64,000 bases of DNA from Lama guanicoe (taxonomy: Eukaryota): NCBI GenBank assembly GCA_013239625.1, contig MU053934.1, positions 8,949,352 to 9,013,351 of the forward strand. The letters are read 5' to 3'. Numbering within the stretch: position 1 is the first letter of the stretch; each line of letters begins with the position of its first letter. This document shows, in pieces, positions 12,470 through 25,380 of this stretch. A program made the position numbers and the translations under genes. The notes below the pieces were generated by a model. It was not told the origin of the DNA. It worked only from the letters and a program-made list of their open reading frames with translations, and did no database searches.

Positions 12470-15105
12470 AATGGATAAGCTACTAGAAGTAATAAGAGGA
12501 GTTAGCAAAGTCATCAGATGTTATAGGTCAATCTAAAATTTGATACCATTTTTTTCTATACCCATAGAAGGCAACTGGGAAAATATCATAAAAATAGATA
12601 CTAGTCATGAGTCTAACTGTAAAATATCTAGAAGTTAACTTAAAACACACAGGCTCTCTATCGGGAAAATGTTAAAATTCTAATGAAGGACATAGATGAT
12701 TAGAATAAATGAAGGCATATTCTATGTTCTTAGATGAAAGGACTTAATATTTTGAAGATGTTCTCTCCAAACAAATCTATAAATCCAGTGCAATCTCAGT
12801 CAGAGTTCCAGTTGGATTTTTATGAGAAACTCAATAAACAGTGATAGGCAAAATTCTTTAGAATGAAAATATATTGAAGTCCAAGCAGACTTCAGAATAT
12901 GGAATATGACAGGGATGAAGAGGGGCATTTTATAGTGGTAAAGGGATTAATTCAGCAATAAGATATAATGATCCCAAATAAGTATGCACCTAATCACAAG
13001 GCCTTCAAATACATAAACTATAAACCGACGGAACTGGAAGAAGAAAATGACAGACCCAAAGGTATCCTTAGAAACTCCAACACTGCTCTCTTAGTGACTG
13101 CTAGTGCAACTAGACAGAGAATCAGTAAGTACACAGAAGATCTGAGAACACTAATCAACTTGACTTAATCCTCACTCAGAAAACACTCCACCCACAAATG
13201 CATATTTGTTTCAAGTTCACATGGAACTTTTACTAAGATAGAATACATGTCAGGTCATCAAATAAGCCTCAGTCAATTTAAAAGAATTTAAATAATGCAA
13301 AATATATTCCTTACTATAATGGAATTAAAATAAAAACCAGTAATAGAAAGATATCTAAATTCCCCACCCCAACAACAGCAACTGTTAAATTAAATAAAAC
13401 TTCTAAACACCCCACAGGTCATAGAAAGAAATCACAAGGGATATTAGAAAATATTTTGAATGGAGTGAAAATGAAATACAACATACCAGAAGCAGTGGGA
13501 AGCAGTTTAAGGAGTATTAGAGGGAAATGTACAGCTTAAATGCTTATATTAGAAAAAAAGAAAAGTACGAAACACATAGAGCAAGCTTCCATCTTAAAAA
13601 GCAAGAAAAAGAGTAAATTAATTAAACCCAAAATAAGTAGAAGGAAGGAAATAATAGAGTCGAGAAAAGGCAATAACAGAAACATAAATCATAGGGAAAA
13701 TCAGTGAAGCCAAGAGCTGGTCTTAGAAAGGATCAATAAAACTGACACACGTCTAGCTACACATCAAGAATAAAAGAGAAAGGACAAATCAGCAACATCA
13801 GAAATGAAAGAGAGTACAGAGCCCACAGGAACTGAAAAGGATAAAAAAGGGAGTATTAATAACTTAATAAATTTGGTAACTCATATGAAATACACAAAAA
13901 TTCCTTCCAATATACAAACTACGACAGCTCACTCAGGAAAAAACATATCCTGAATGGCCCTGTATCTAATAAGGAAACTGAGCTTATAATTAAAAAGCTT
14001 CCCACAAAGAAATGTTGGTGCCCCAGTGGCTTCACTGGCAAAACTTGCCAAACTTTTAGGAAATAATATAGTTTCACAAAAACACTTCCAGAAAAAAAGA
14101 GGAGAGAATAATTCTGGATGCATTTTATGAGTCTGACATTACCCTGATACAAAAACGTGACAAAGACATCAAAAGAAAACCATAGACCAATACTCTCATG
14201 AATGTAGATGCAAAAATCCTTAAAATCTTAGTAAATCAATCCAAAATATTTGACAAGGATATTACAGCATGACCCACTGGGGTTCATCCTAGGTATGCTA
14301 ACATTCTAAAATCACAATGTAATTAACCATATTAATGAGCACCCCCCTACTAAAAAAACCCAACCATACAATTATTCCAATAGCAGAAACAGTACTTTGA
14401 CAAAATTCAATACTCATTCATGATAAAAAATTTTCAACAAACTAGAAATAGAAGGCAACTTCCTCAATCTGCTAAAGGGCATCCTAATGTTAATATCATA
14501 CTTAACTCTGAAAGACTTAATGCTTTGCCCCTAGAACTAGGAATAGGGCAGAATGTCCACTCTTACCACTTTTATTCAACACTATACTAGAGGTCCCAGT
14601 TAGTGCAATAAGACAAGGAAAAAAGGGCATTCTAATTGGAAAAAAATAAAATTTTTTATTCACTGACAACATGATGATCTAGTAAAAAATCCTAAGGAAT
14701 CTACAAAAGAAGCTACTAGAACTAGTAAGTTTAGCAAGGCTATAGGATGCAAGGTCAAAACATCAATTTTATTTCAATATACTACCAACAATAAATTCGA
14801 AATTGCTAATTAAAACAATTCCATTTATAATAGCATAAAGAAATGAAATGCTTAGGAATAAACTGAAAAAGTATGTACAGTATCTGTAGACTGAAACCAA
14901 AAGAACATTAAAAAGAGAAATTAAGGAAGACCTTAAAAGTCGACATAGACACCATGTTCATGGATTAGCACTGTTAAGATGACAATTCTTCCCAAATTGA
15001 TCTATAGATTCAACATAACTTCAGTCAAAATCCCAGCAGACTTTGTTACAGTAATTGAAAAGCTGATCCTGAAATGTACACAGAAATGCTGAGGACCTAC
15101 AACAG
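12470..15105 (+). mobile_element. Old L1 ORF2 fragments (endonuclease to RT region), probably two elements
   Basis: Degenerate ORF2 motifs (tatgcacctaat, atgaatgtagatgcaaaaatcct, tttgacaaaattcaa); the gctactagaa segment occurs twice (~12479 and ~14712). Confidence 0.8.
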
Positions 15106-15479
15106 GCAGGGGCTTGACCTTCCTGGTTCACTGTGGTGTCCTCAGGGCCTAGAAAGTGCCTGGCTCGTGGGAGGCTTACAGGATAGGTACTGAATACATT
15201 AATGAACTATGACAGAATTATACAGAATAAAAGAAAATGGGCCAAACTGTTGACTGTTTTTATTTCCGGACAATGGAATAACGACTGATTTTTTAAAAAA
15301 GTCTTCACTCCAAGAGGCACTTACTACTTCTGAATTTAAAATTTTCATTTGAATAGGTAATACATGAATATGGTACAAAATTCAAAAAGTGTGAGAATAT
15401 ACAAAAAGTAAAATATGTCTTTCCCTTCCCCTCTGCCTCCCCAGAGGAAACAACTCTTACAGTTTCTATATATATGTAT

Positions 15480-17400
15480 TTTCCCCTAGATTGTCATTTG
15501 TCTTCTCATTTTCTTCATCATGATTTTGCCATGCAAAATATTTAAAACAATTTCTATACATCTGCATTTTACCAATTTTTTCTTTTATGGCTTCTGGGGT
15601 TTGTCATACTGAAAGACCTTCCCTAATCTGAGGTTATTTTTAAAATTCTCTTATGACTTATTCTAGTATTTTTATGTCTTCATTTAAATTATATTAAAAT
15701 ATTTGACTCAACTGCAATTAATCTGAGTCTAAGGAATGAGATAGGGATCCAAGTAGGTTTTTTCCAGGATGCTAACACATGCATCTCAACTGAGTTATTG
15801 AAAAGTGGGTTTTTTCCCCCACAGATATGAAATGCCTTTTTATATTAGATCAAATTTCCTTTATAGATCTGAGTACATTCCTAGACTCTATTTCTGAGCC
15901 ATACCTTAAGATTTTAATTACGGTAGCTTTATATACTATGTTTTAAAATCTGGTAGCTCTAGTCTTTTCTCATTACCTTTTTCAGATTTTTCTTAACTAG
16001 TTTTGAATGTGAACTCTGGAATCAGCTTAACTAGCTTAAAAAAATCTTGTCCATACCTGTATTGAGATGATATGTAAATTACATATTAAATTAGGGAGAA
16101 CCAAATTCTTTACACATTGAGTCTTCATATGAAAGACCTAGTATGCCTTTCTTTTTTATTCACATTTCTGTATACATCTCTCCGTCTTACTTAAAGGTCT
16201 CTTTATATATTGTTTTCACACCTAGTAAGTTTATTTCTCAGTACTAAGTATTTATCTTTTTCTTGTCTAATATAATTTTCACCTAATATGTTGTCTTCCT
16301 GGCAGCTTATGTATAGAAAGGCTATACATTTTCAATCAATTCTATATTAATTTTAATTAAAATTTCATATTAATGTTTGTATTAATATTACTCAATTTTC
16401 TTCTTTGTTTTCCTTTGTTCTCTAGTAATTTCTAAATATGTAACATATAATCTGCATATAATCATAACATATAATCTAACATACATAACATATAATAGTG
16501 ATAACTTTACCTCTTCTTTTCCAAATTTTTATACTTTAATTTCTTGCTTAACTGTATATTGACTGGTATATCCAGAAAAATGTTAGTTACAGTGGTGATA
16601 CTGAATATTCTGAATTTACTAGGAAACTTCTATCGAGTTACTCCATGAAGACATGTTAACTTAGAATGAGATTTATTTTGTCATATCACAGGTATCTAAC
16701 TACTTCTATTAAAAAAAATTTAAATTAAGAATGGATGCTGCATTTTGTCAAGTGCATTTTTCACCATCTATAGTTGATCAAATGATTTTTCTCCCTTAAC
16801 TATTAATATGGTAGCAACATATATATGTAAATAATATTTATAGCAATAATGATTGCTACTGAACCGTCTTTTCATTTCTGGCATGAAGCCCACTAGATAA
16901 TGTTTTGCTGGTGTTGTACTGCTTGTTTCTACATTACCTTATTTTATTTGGTTATTTATAGGTAGAACTGATTTATAGTTTCTTACTATATGTGTATGTG
17001 CCCTTTTGGATTTTGGCATCAATATCACATTCATTTCATAAAAAGATGTTTTTCTTCTCCTTCTATACTATAAAGCAGTTTAAATACCAAACATTCGTTC
17101 GAACATTAAACACTGACATTACATGAGCCTCTAATGTTTGCTGGGATGATTCGTCTGTGAAACCACATGTGCCTGGTGAATCTGGGGGAATGGGGAGGAA
17201 GCTTTTTAACTTTCTTTTCCCAAGGTAACTGACCTCCTTAAATTTCTTCTATCTTGTCTGGGGTAATTTTGAGTATTTATTATTTATTGAAAATTATCAA
17301 TTTTATCCACATATATGGCTATTTGTAGAGAACTCAGTAAATTTTAATAACCACTGTGAGTGCAGTTATGTTCCCATTCTCTTATTTTATATATTTATGT
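15480..17400 (-). mobile_element. Highly decayed L1 remnant
   Basis: T-rich reverse-strand L1 ORF2-like text (gaatggatgctgcattttgtcaagtgc, tcgtctgtgaaaccacatgtgcctgg). Confidence 0.55.
16441..16496. repeat. Degenerate short tandem repeat (taacatataatc-like)
   Basis: taacatataatctgcatataatcataacatataatctaacatacataacatataat. Confidence 0.6.
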
Positions 17401-17503
17401 TTTCTTTCTTTAAAAAATTGTGAAATAAAAGAATTAGACCACTTGGTAAGAATAGGAATGTTTACTAGCTATTTCTTGATGAGTTGAAATAAAGACTACC
17501 TCA

Positions 17504-17625
17504 GGGTGGGAGGGTATAGCTCAGTGGTAGAGTACATGCCTACCATGCACAAGGCCCTGGGTTCAATCCCTAGTACTTCCATTAAAAAAACTGAAAATAA
17601 TAAAGCATTTTTTAAAATTATTTAA
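17504..17625 (+). mobile_element. vic-1-type tRNA-derived SINE (camelid) with TSD
   Basis: ggtatagctcagtggtagag...gggttcaatccctagtacttcca (A and B boxes), A-rich tail, TSD aaagactacct[c/g]agg at 17491-17505 and 17626-17640. Confidence 0.85.
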
Positions 17626-17719
17626 AAAGACTACCTGAGGCATAATTCCTTTAAACTATGAAATAACAGTTACATTTATATACATGTAATTGCTTACCAA
17701 CATCTGTTAATAAAAATAC

Positions 17720-17826
17720 CTTTTTTGATCGATTTCTTGCTGCTGTTTAATGTGTTTGTTCTCAAATTCACGAATATTTTCTACACCAATTTCTTCACAG
17801 AAATGTTGAAAAATATCATCTTCAAC
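17720..17826 (-). CDS. SMC1B: SMC1B exon 15
   Basis: tttaaaag|GTT GAA GAT ... AAA AG|gtattt; 107 nt; VEDDIFQHFCEEIGVENIREFENKHIKQQQEIDQK(R); this donor is in phase with exon 16. Confidence 0.94.
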
Positions 17827-19141
17827 CTTTTAAATTATTTCAAAACAAGTGGTTTAATAATTAATTTTAAGACAGTAAGTATATATATAGACAATACTTA
17901 AATCTAAGTTTTTCCCACCAAGATTTTCCCGGACTGGGCCAGAGAGTGAGCCCGACAAGCCTGGTCACTGTAATCCGGGGGGTCAGCGCCTTCTCCTTCT
18001 TTAACTTCATAAACAGTGCTTATCTATTTTCAAATTTCTTATTCTAAAAACTATGTAACAAAGCCTACAAGTGGCCTTTTAAATATTCTGGCTTTATCAA
18101 GTGTTTAATACAAAATCAGAAGTACTGCATTTATATTAGCCACACCAAAATACAACATTCTACATAAACAAATAAAATACTCTCTCTATGTGAGTAATAC
18201 TATAGTCAGGTAGTATAAAACCAAGAGGACTAAAGAATAGAATTAAGACTCAAAAAGATTTGGAAAAATTAGAATGGGCCAAATCCAACAAAACAACATT
18301 TAACATTTTTAAAGCCCTGAATTTATGCACAATTATAAGAGAGACCTGTTTTAACAACAGGACATGATAAAAACTTTCAGATTTCAGTTGAATATAAATT
18401 AAATATGAATGTGATAAGATTGATGCATTAGTAAGCTATAATTTATATAAGCAGATAATCCAAACCATGGAAAGTTATAGTTGGGTGTTTAGAGTCCCAT
18501 GGTACTCTGTACTGGTCATACAATATTTTTACATTATTTTTTCCTCTAGGCATTGACAAACAATAGTGTATCCAGCGGCTGGTTACTAGGACTGGTCTTA
18601 AATCCATGGTAAATGTAAATAAATAAGGAATTAGGGGTGTTTAATCTGGAAAAGAGACAATTAAGGAGCAACATAAGCATGGTTTCAAATTATATAGTAA
18701 AAGGCAGAACTAAAAGGAATGGGTGGAAGTTACTAAGTGATGGTGTGACAAACAACTTTTTAAGGATTAGAGATAAACAACAGTGGAATGAATTAAACCA
18801 CAAAATTCCTGTCACTTAATAAGCAGAGGGTAGAAGATCAAATCTGTTGCCCCAGAGCCAAGCAGCTGTGCCCAGCATGTAATAAATGTTCAAAAAAAAA
18901 AATCACTGAGTGAACACACAACCTTAAAAGATGACACAAATGGCAAAGTTCTTTCCTTCCTGGTGTTAAGGGCAGTGAGAGAAAGAAAGCGGCTGAAATT
19001 TGTACAATGGACAAGGAGAGGCTGGAGAGCAGAAGAGAGTGAACTATGCCCTAGTCACTGTCTCTTGAGATGGGCAATAGCAGTTCTCAAGAAACGCAAG
19101 GAAATGAATTAGGCCAACCAATAAAACTTAGCACTTATCAG

Positions 19142-19233
19142 CAATGTGCTATACACCAGAACTTGACAGAACATTGTAAACTGACTATACTTCAATAAAA
19201 TATATATATATATAATAAAAAATATATATATAT
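19142..19233 (+). mobile_element. Extremely 5'-truncated young L1 3' end with perfect 18-bp TSD
   Basis: aaacttagcacttatcag at 19124-19141 and 19234-19251 flanks ...acattgtaaactgactatacttcaataaaa plus a (TA)n/A tail. Confidence 0.85.
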
Positions 19234-19349
19234 AAACTTAGCACTTATCAGACTTTGCTTTAGCACATTTTTGAAGAAGTCCTTAATCTGGTGTCTGGTC
19301 TAGAACTATATTCTACATGCCATTTAGTAATAAATGTATCATTCAAAAC

Positions 19350-19466
19350 CTTATCTATCTTTCCTTGAAATTCTTCAATTCTTTTTTGCCGTTCTTTGAT
19401 TCCTTCACTCAACATAGTACATTGAGACTCTATATTCAGCAGTTCACTTTGTAGCTGAGATTGTTC
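19350..19466 (-). CDS. SMC1B: SMC1B exon 14
   Basis: gtaatcag|GAA CAA TCT ... GAT AAG|gttttg; 117 nt; EQSQLQSELLNIESQCTMLSEGIKERQKRIEEFQGKIDK. Confidence 0.95.
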
Positions 19467-19769
19467 CTGATTACAAAAGAGAAAAAAAAAGTCTTTTTAG
19501 TACGGCTATTTTGGCTTTGTATCGTGAAGCCAAACACAGGACAGTTATCTTTCAGAATAAAAAGGGAATCCATGAGATAAGGTAAATGGGGCAGGTACGA
19601 CTGGATAACAACATTAACCACCAGGAAAATAAAGTAACCTAAAGGACTGTAATATCTCAATCACAGGAAAAAGTGTAAAAATCACACGGTGCTATCTATA
19701 TACAGGTAATCCCTGAAATTCTACATCCCAGTTCCAATCTCCATCAGATTTTACGCAAGCCTGTGTTAC

Positions 19770-19907
19770 CCGGAAGAAAGCGGCCAGGCGCTTCTTTTTG
19801 ATTATTTCCAGTTCGCTCTGAGAATACTTGAGTCGAGTTTGAGTCCCTTGCACTAGAGTCCGTAATTGTTTCAAGTCGGCTTCCTTGCGAAGTGCCTTCA
19901 TTAAATT
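19770..19907 (-). CDS. SMC1B: SMC1B exon 13
   Basis: ctttttag|AAT TTA ATG ... TTC CGG|gtaaca; 138 nt; NLMKALRKEADLKQLRTLVQGTQTRLKYSQSELEIIKKKRLAAFFR. Confidence 0.95.
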
Positions 19908-20279
19908 CTAAAAAGGAAGGGAAATACGATAACACTTCATAATGGAAAAACCTTCACTTTTCAGAGTGCTTTCATACATTCTAGCTCACTGATTTTTACA
20001 TGTAACCACACCCACACTCCATCTTCCCTTCTTCTGAAAAAACATTGGGCAATTAAGTACAGAAGCCATCTGGGGTAACTAAGACGCCATGCAGCATCCT
20101 CAAAAAACTAACTCCCTAACAGGAACCAGGCAAGAAAATGAGGAGTGGGGAGTGCCTGTTCCACCCAAGGCACACACGTGGCATAGAGGAGACCACATGA
20201 TACGTGTTGCCTTGCTCTGCACACATCCTCGTCTTGCCTCGTCCATTTCCTTCTCCCTTCACCTACCCTATGACTCAAC

Positions 20280-23200
20280 CAAATTAACTCCCTAGTATAC
20301 GTTCTGTATTTTTACCCCAAGTCCTTATATGAAAACATATGTACACATATTCGCCCATATATGTTGTTTTTCAGTCTTGTTTTACAAATTTAGAATCATG
20401 TTAAACATGCTTTTCTCAGTTACTCACAAAAGTCAACTGATAAAACCCTAAATTCATTCTTTTAGTGACTGCATATTATTCCACAGTGTGACTATACCAA
20501 AATTATTCAACTCTTCTCTCAATGATGGGCATTCACTGTGCTTCCAGGCTTTTGCCTCTACAGTAATCGCAATAACATACTTGTTTGTATACCCTTAAGT
20601 ATTCGTGTTTTTATTCCCATGCCATAGATGCTCCAGGGTGAGATCAATAGATCAAAGGTATTCATGTTTTTATTATGCTAGTTGGTACCAACTGCCTTCC
20701 CAAAGGCTACAAATATGACTGTGTGTTTCTGTACAACTCCACCAGCATACATATTTTTCCCATCTTACTTACAGATTTGAAGTAATCTTAATTTAATTTG
20801 TGTTCCCCTAAGTTTTATATTCTATATTGAGCACTTTTTTTTGTTTACTAGCCATATGGATTTCTTCATTCGGTGAACTAGGCTAATCCTACCCTTTGCC
20901 CAGATGTTTCTATCATGTCTTTTTCATGTCAGTGTATAGAGTTCTTTGATAGTACAGGATCTACAGTTTTCATTTTAAACCTTTTTTAAAAAAATTATAC
21001 AATGGCTTTTATCCTCATTTAAAAATTTTTTATTTCAAAATTTAACGTACCTGGAATTTATTTGTATGCCATTATATGGGGCACAAAATTACTTTTCCCT
21101 AGATGTGCTAATACCATTTACTAAATAATCTATCCATGTCCCACCAAACTAAAACAACATATTAGTTGTATATTGTCAAATATACTGGGCCTATTTCTGA
21201 AATTCCTATTCTTTTTCATAGATTAATGCCAATACTACATCAGCTTGGTTACAGTGGCTTTTCATAGTATTCTATATGCTGGCTAGAGAAGTTGTAACTC
21301 ACTCTCTTTAACACTTATTTTTTTTTTTTACTAGTCTCAGGAAACTCTTCACTTGCAGGAATTAGAGGATCATTTTTTTTGATCCTTGGTAGTATTTTAA
21401 TTAAATTTGCATTCAAGCTACATTAATCGGAGGACTTCTAACCCAAGAATATCATGTCTTTTCTTTCAGTTGTTTTATCCTTCAGAAATAATTACTGTGC
21501 CTTTATACTTATTCCTATACTTTCCCTTTTTAGATGCTTTTTGGTAGCAGAGAAAAACTAGAGTTTTATTTACGTAGCGTTCTCATTACCTTATTAAATC
21601 TAATAGTTTTTAAACTACGGTCTTATCAGCCTAAAGCTACTTTTTCTTTTTGAAAACGTATACAAATTATCTCGTTTTGTGCCTACTGTATTTAATACAA
21701 CTTCCAAGACCATGTTAAATATCGGCAACAGCAGATATCTGTCCTACTTCCTGATTTTAATTAAAATAGTTAAATTTTAATGCTTCACCATTTAAGCAGT
21801 TATTTCAGTCAGTTTTGGGTAAGAGCTATATTTTATTTTACTTAAGTAATTTCCACCAATTACTCTTTTACTCAGAACTTTAGAACCAGCAGCTGAACTT
21901 TCTCAAATGCCTTTCTACATAAGATCATGCTATTGTCTCCTGCCTATAATTTGTTAATATAATGGGCTATGTTGATTGATCACTTAATACTGAAACACCC
22001 ATATATTCTTGGAACAAATCCTACTCAGCAGACGTATTGTTTTTTTTTTTTTTGCTACACTGCTGAATTCTCTATACTGATACTTAATTTAGAAATTACA
22101 CATTTATGCTCACAAAGGAAATCAGTATTTAGTTTTATTTTTGTAGTATTTTTATAATATTTGATATTAAAGTTATACTACCTTTATAAAATAAACTAAG
22201 AAGGTTTCTACTTTTTCTATGATCTAGAATGGCTAACCCAACACTAGAATTATATTAGAACTGAACTGTAAACCTATCTGGTCCCAGTCTTTTTCTTTTC
22301 TAACTGTGACAAAATACACATAAAGTAAAACTTACCATCTTTACAATTTAAGGGTACAGTTCAATAGTGTTAAGTACATTCACATTGTTGTGCAACCAAC
22401 TTCCAGAACTCTTTCCCTCTTCCAAAACTGAAACTATACCCATGAAATAATTCCCCATTCCCTGATTCCCCCAGAGCCTGGCAACCATCCTTCTCTTCTG
22501 TCTCTATGAATTTGACTACTCTTGGGTCCTCATATAAGTAGAATATACAGTATGTCTTCTGTGACTGGCTTATTTCATGGAGCATAATAGCTTCAAGGTT
22601 CATCCATTTTTGTCCATGTGTTAGAACTTCCTCCCTTTTTAAGGCTAAATAATATTCCATTGTATGTATAGACAAAATTCTGTTTATCCATTCATCCACT
22701 AATGAATACTTGGGTGGCTTCTACTTTTTGGCTATTGTTAATAATGCTGCTATGAGTATTCTTTCAGATCCCGCTTTCAATTCCTTGGGGTATATACCCA
22801 GAAGTAGAATTACTGGATCATATGATAATTCTGTTTAATTTCTTGAGTAGCCACCACACTGTTTTCCACAGTTGCTGCACTATTTTACATTACTATAGTT
22901 GTTTTCAATGGGAAATCATTCAACTAACAGTGGCTTAAAAGAATGTGTTTATTTTTCTCACACAAGAGCAGTCTAGGGTGATGCAGTTCCTCAACAATGG
23001 CACCTTTCAGCTTCTTAACACGATGGTTTTTATACTCAAGCTTCCTGTCTATTTGTACAAAACTACTGCTCTGTCTCCAGCTCTCCTGACTGTATTCCAC
23101 TCAGGGAGAAAAAAATGCAAATTATAATACCAACATTTCCATCTATACCTCTAAAATTGTCACATGGCCACCGCTAGCTACGAGGGAACTTGGGAAGTCA

Positions 23201-25380
23201 AGTTGTTCTAGATTTTTATGATTCTTTAATAGAGACAGGCAAGGAAGGAAGAGGCTGTGGGTGGGGACTGGGCCAGCCAACTACACCGCTGCCTGCCTCT
23301 GCTTCATTTCAATATAGTTACGTGCCTGTTAAGATTTTCTCAAAAGTATTTTAATTTTCTCATTCCTGATGTGTATGTTTGCTTCTAGCTTTTCTCTCGT
23401 TCATTAGAGTTGTACAGAGTTTATTTTATTAGTCTTTCAAAAGAACCAGCTTTTAGATTCATTTTTCCCTTTTCTATTTAGAGTTTTCTATTTGATTAAC
23501 TGCAGCTTAAAAAAAATTCTGTTATAGTTTTACTTGTTTATTTTGTGGTTGTTCCAATTTCTTAAAAGTAATAAATTCCATTCTAGTTCATTTCTCTTCT
23601 TTAATAATGAAGATATTTTCCTCTTGATGTAGCTCACTGTGTCTCAAAGACTTTCTATTCATTACTTTTGAGACATCTTGTCATTTTCCTTGATTACATC
23701 TTTGATCCCAAAACTATCTACATTTCTTAATTTCTAAGTAGACAGTTTTTTTTGTCACTATTTATATTTCATTAAATTATGATCAAGGTGACCTATAAAA
23801 ATCTCTGCTTTAAAAAAACTACTGAGGTTTCCACTGTGGATAAGCATTTGATCAGTTTTCAATAAGTGTTTTATGGATATTTTAAATAATCTCCCATTTA
23901 TTGAGCATTTATCATTGTTTTATAAAGTAGACATTAACTTAATTCTCTTAACAATGCTATGAAATAGGTACTATTATTATCCCCATTCTATTAATAATAA
24001 AATTAAAGTATAAAAGCATTTATGTAAGTTATTCAGTCACACTGCTATGAAGTGGTAGAAATAGAATCTGCATTTAATCTTATTGATTATATTACAAATT
24101 CCTCTACATTGTTTCTGTCTACTAGATTTGCCCAATTTTTTAAGAAGTACATATAGTGAAATGTTTCACTCTAGTTTCATTTTTATTAAGTATTCTTGCT
24201 TTAAATATTTAGGTGTTATGTGCTTCAAAGAGGGTTAAAATTGGAGATCTTGTTTTTTAATACATAATATCCTTCTTTATTCAATTTGTTCCGTAAATAT
24301 TTATTGAAAGCTTACTATAAGTGAGGATTTTTAACCTCAAAGTTCACATTGTCTGGTATAGTCACTTGTTCTTTTTCGTTTGCATTTGCCAGTGCTCGTT
24401 CTATAATTTTCAATATTCAATTTTAAGACAATTTCTTATAAATGCCATTTAGCTGAATTTTGCTTTTTAACCTATGACGGTCTTGGTCTTTTAATGAGAC
24501 ACTTAAATCCACTCATGTTTACTGTAATGACTGATCAACAAAAATTTTATTTCTTCTTTTTATCTTTCATTCGTTTCATGCATTATTTTTGCTATTTGTT
24601 CCTGTGCTAATTTAGTGTACTTTTAAACACTCCATGTCTCCCCCTCACCAACATACAATTTTTAGAATATTCTTCCTCTTCTCCTCAGAGATGAGACCTT
24701 TGGAATATATTTACTTCTTTCTTCATCTCCAGTTCCTAAGTTTGCTGAGTTAGTTTAGCACTATTCACTTCCTATTATTAGGTCTGTTCTAATCCATGTG
24801 TTGCTCAGAGTACCTTCTCTAGTATTTGTGTCACATGGAGTATGTGGATGACCCTCTCTCTGAATTTGCTTATCTGCAGATCCCTAAGAGGTGAATGATG
24901 TAATACAGTACTTTCCCTCAGTTGTCTGCAGCCCTTATTCCAGTCTTACCTAGTTCTGTAGTTGATACAAGGTTGATAAGGGGTATTTTTTAAAGGAGGG
25001 GAATCCTAGGAGTTCAGGAATCACACCTAGATCTGTGTTACTGTGTGACTTTTCTCATTAAGCCTACAAGGGAACTGCGTGTGTCCTTTCAATTGGCAAA
25101 TTAAGGATCCTCAGGTTAGACATTTTCTTCTGTTTTGTTTAATTATTTCCTCTCTTCTGTGTTCCTTTTCCTCCTTCTGAAACTTTTATTATTCTCACAC
25201 CAACTCTCCTGAGTCTGTCTACCAAGTCTCTATTATTTTCATGATATCTTTATCTTTGTAATTTTCCCCCCTCACTGAGATGCAATTCCATTTGATCTTC
25301 CAGGTTATCAATTTGGGTCTCAATATGGCAACCCTATCCTTCAATCTATCTATTGCATTCTATAGTTTAGAAATGTTTTT
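20280..25380 (-). mobile_element. Old decayed L1 tract (fragmented, with nested elements)
   Basis: Reverse-strand L1 motifs (gtctttcaaaagaaccagctttt, tctttgatccca, gggcattcactgtgcttccagg). Confidence 0.5.
22290..22895 (-). mobile_element. L1MB-like 3' end nested in older L1
   Basis: ORF-track MDEWINRILSIHTMEYY is L1 ORF2 C-terminus; 3'UTR text aagtacattcacattgttgtgcaacc. Confidence 0.8.

Noticed and set aside
17504..17581. tRNA-like sequences here and at ~39520-39600 and ~55711-55786 as genuine tRNA genes
   Set aside because: A-rich tails, TSDs and degenerate stems identify them as SINE copies.
19124..19251. Direct repeats with a spacer as a CRISPR-like array
   Set aside because: Only two copies, in eukaryotic context; explained as a retrotransposon TSD.
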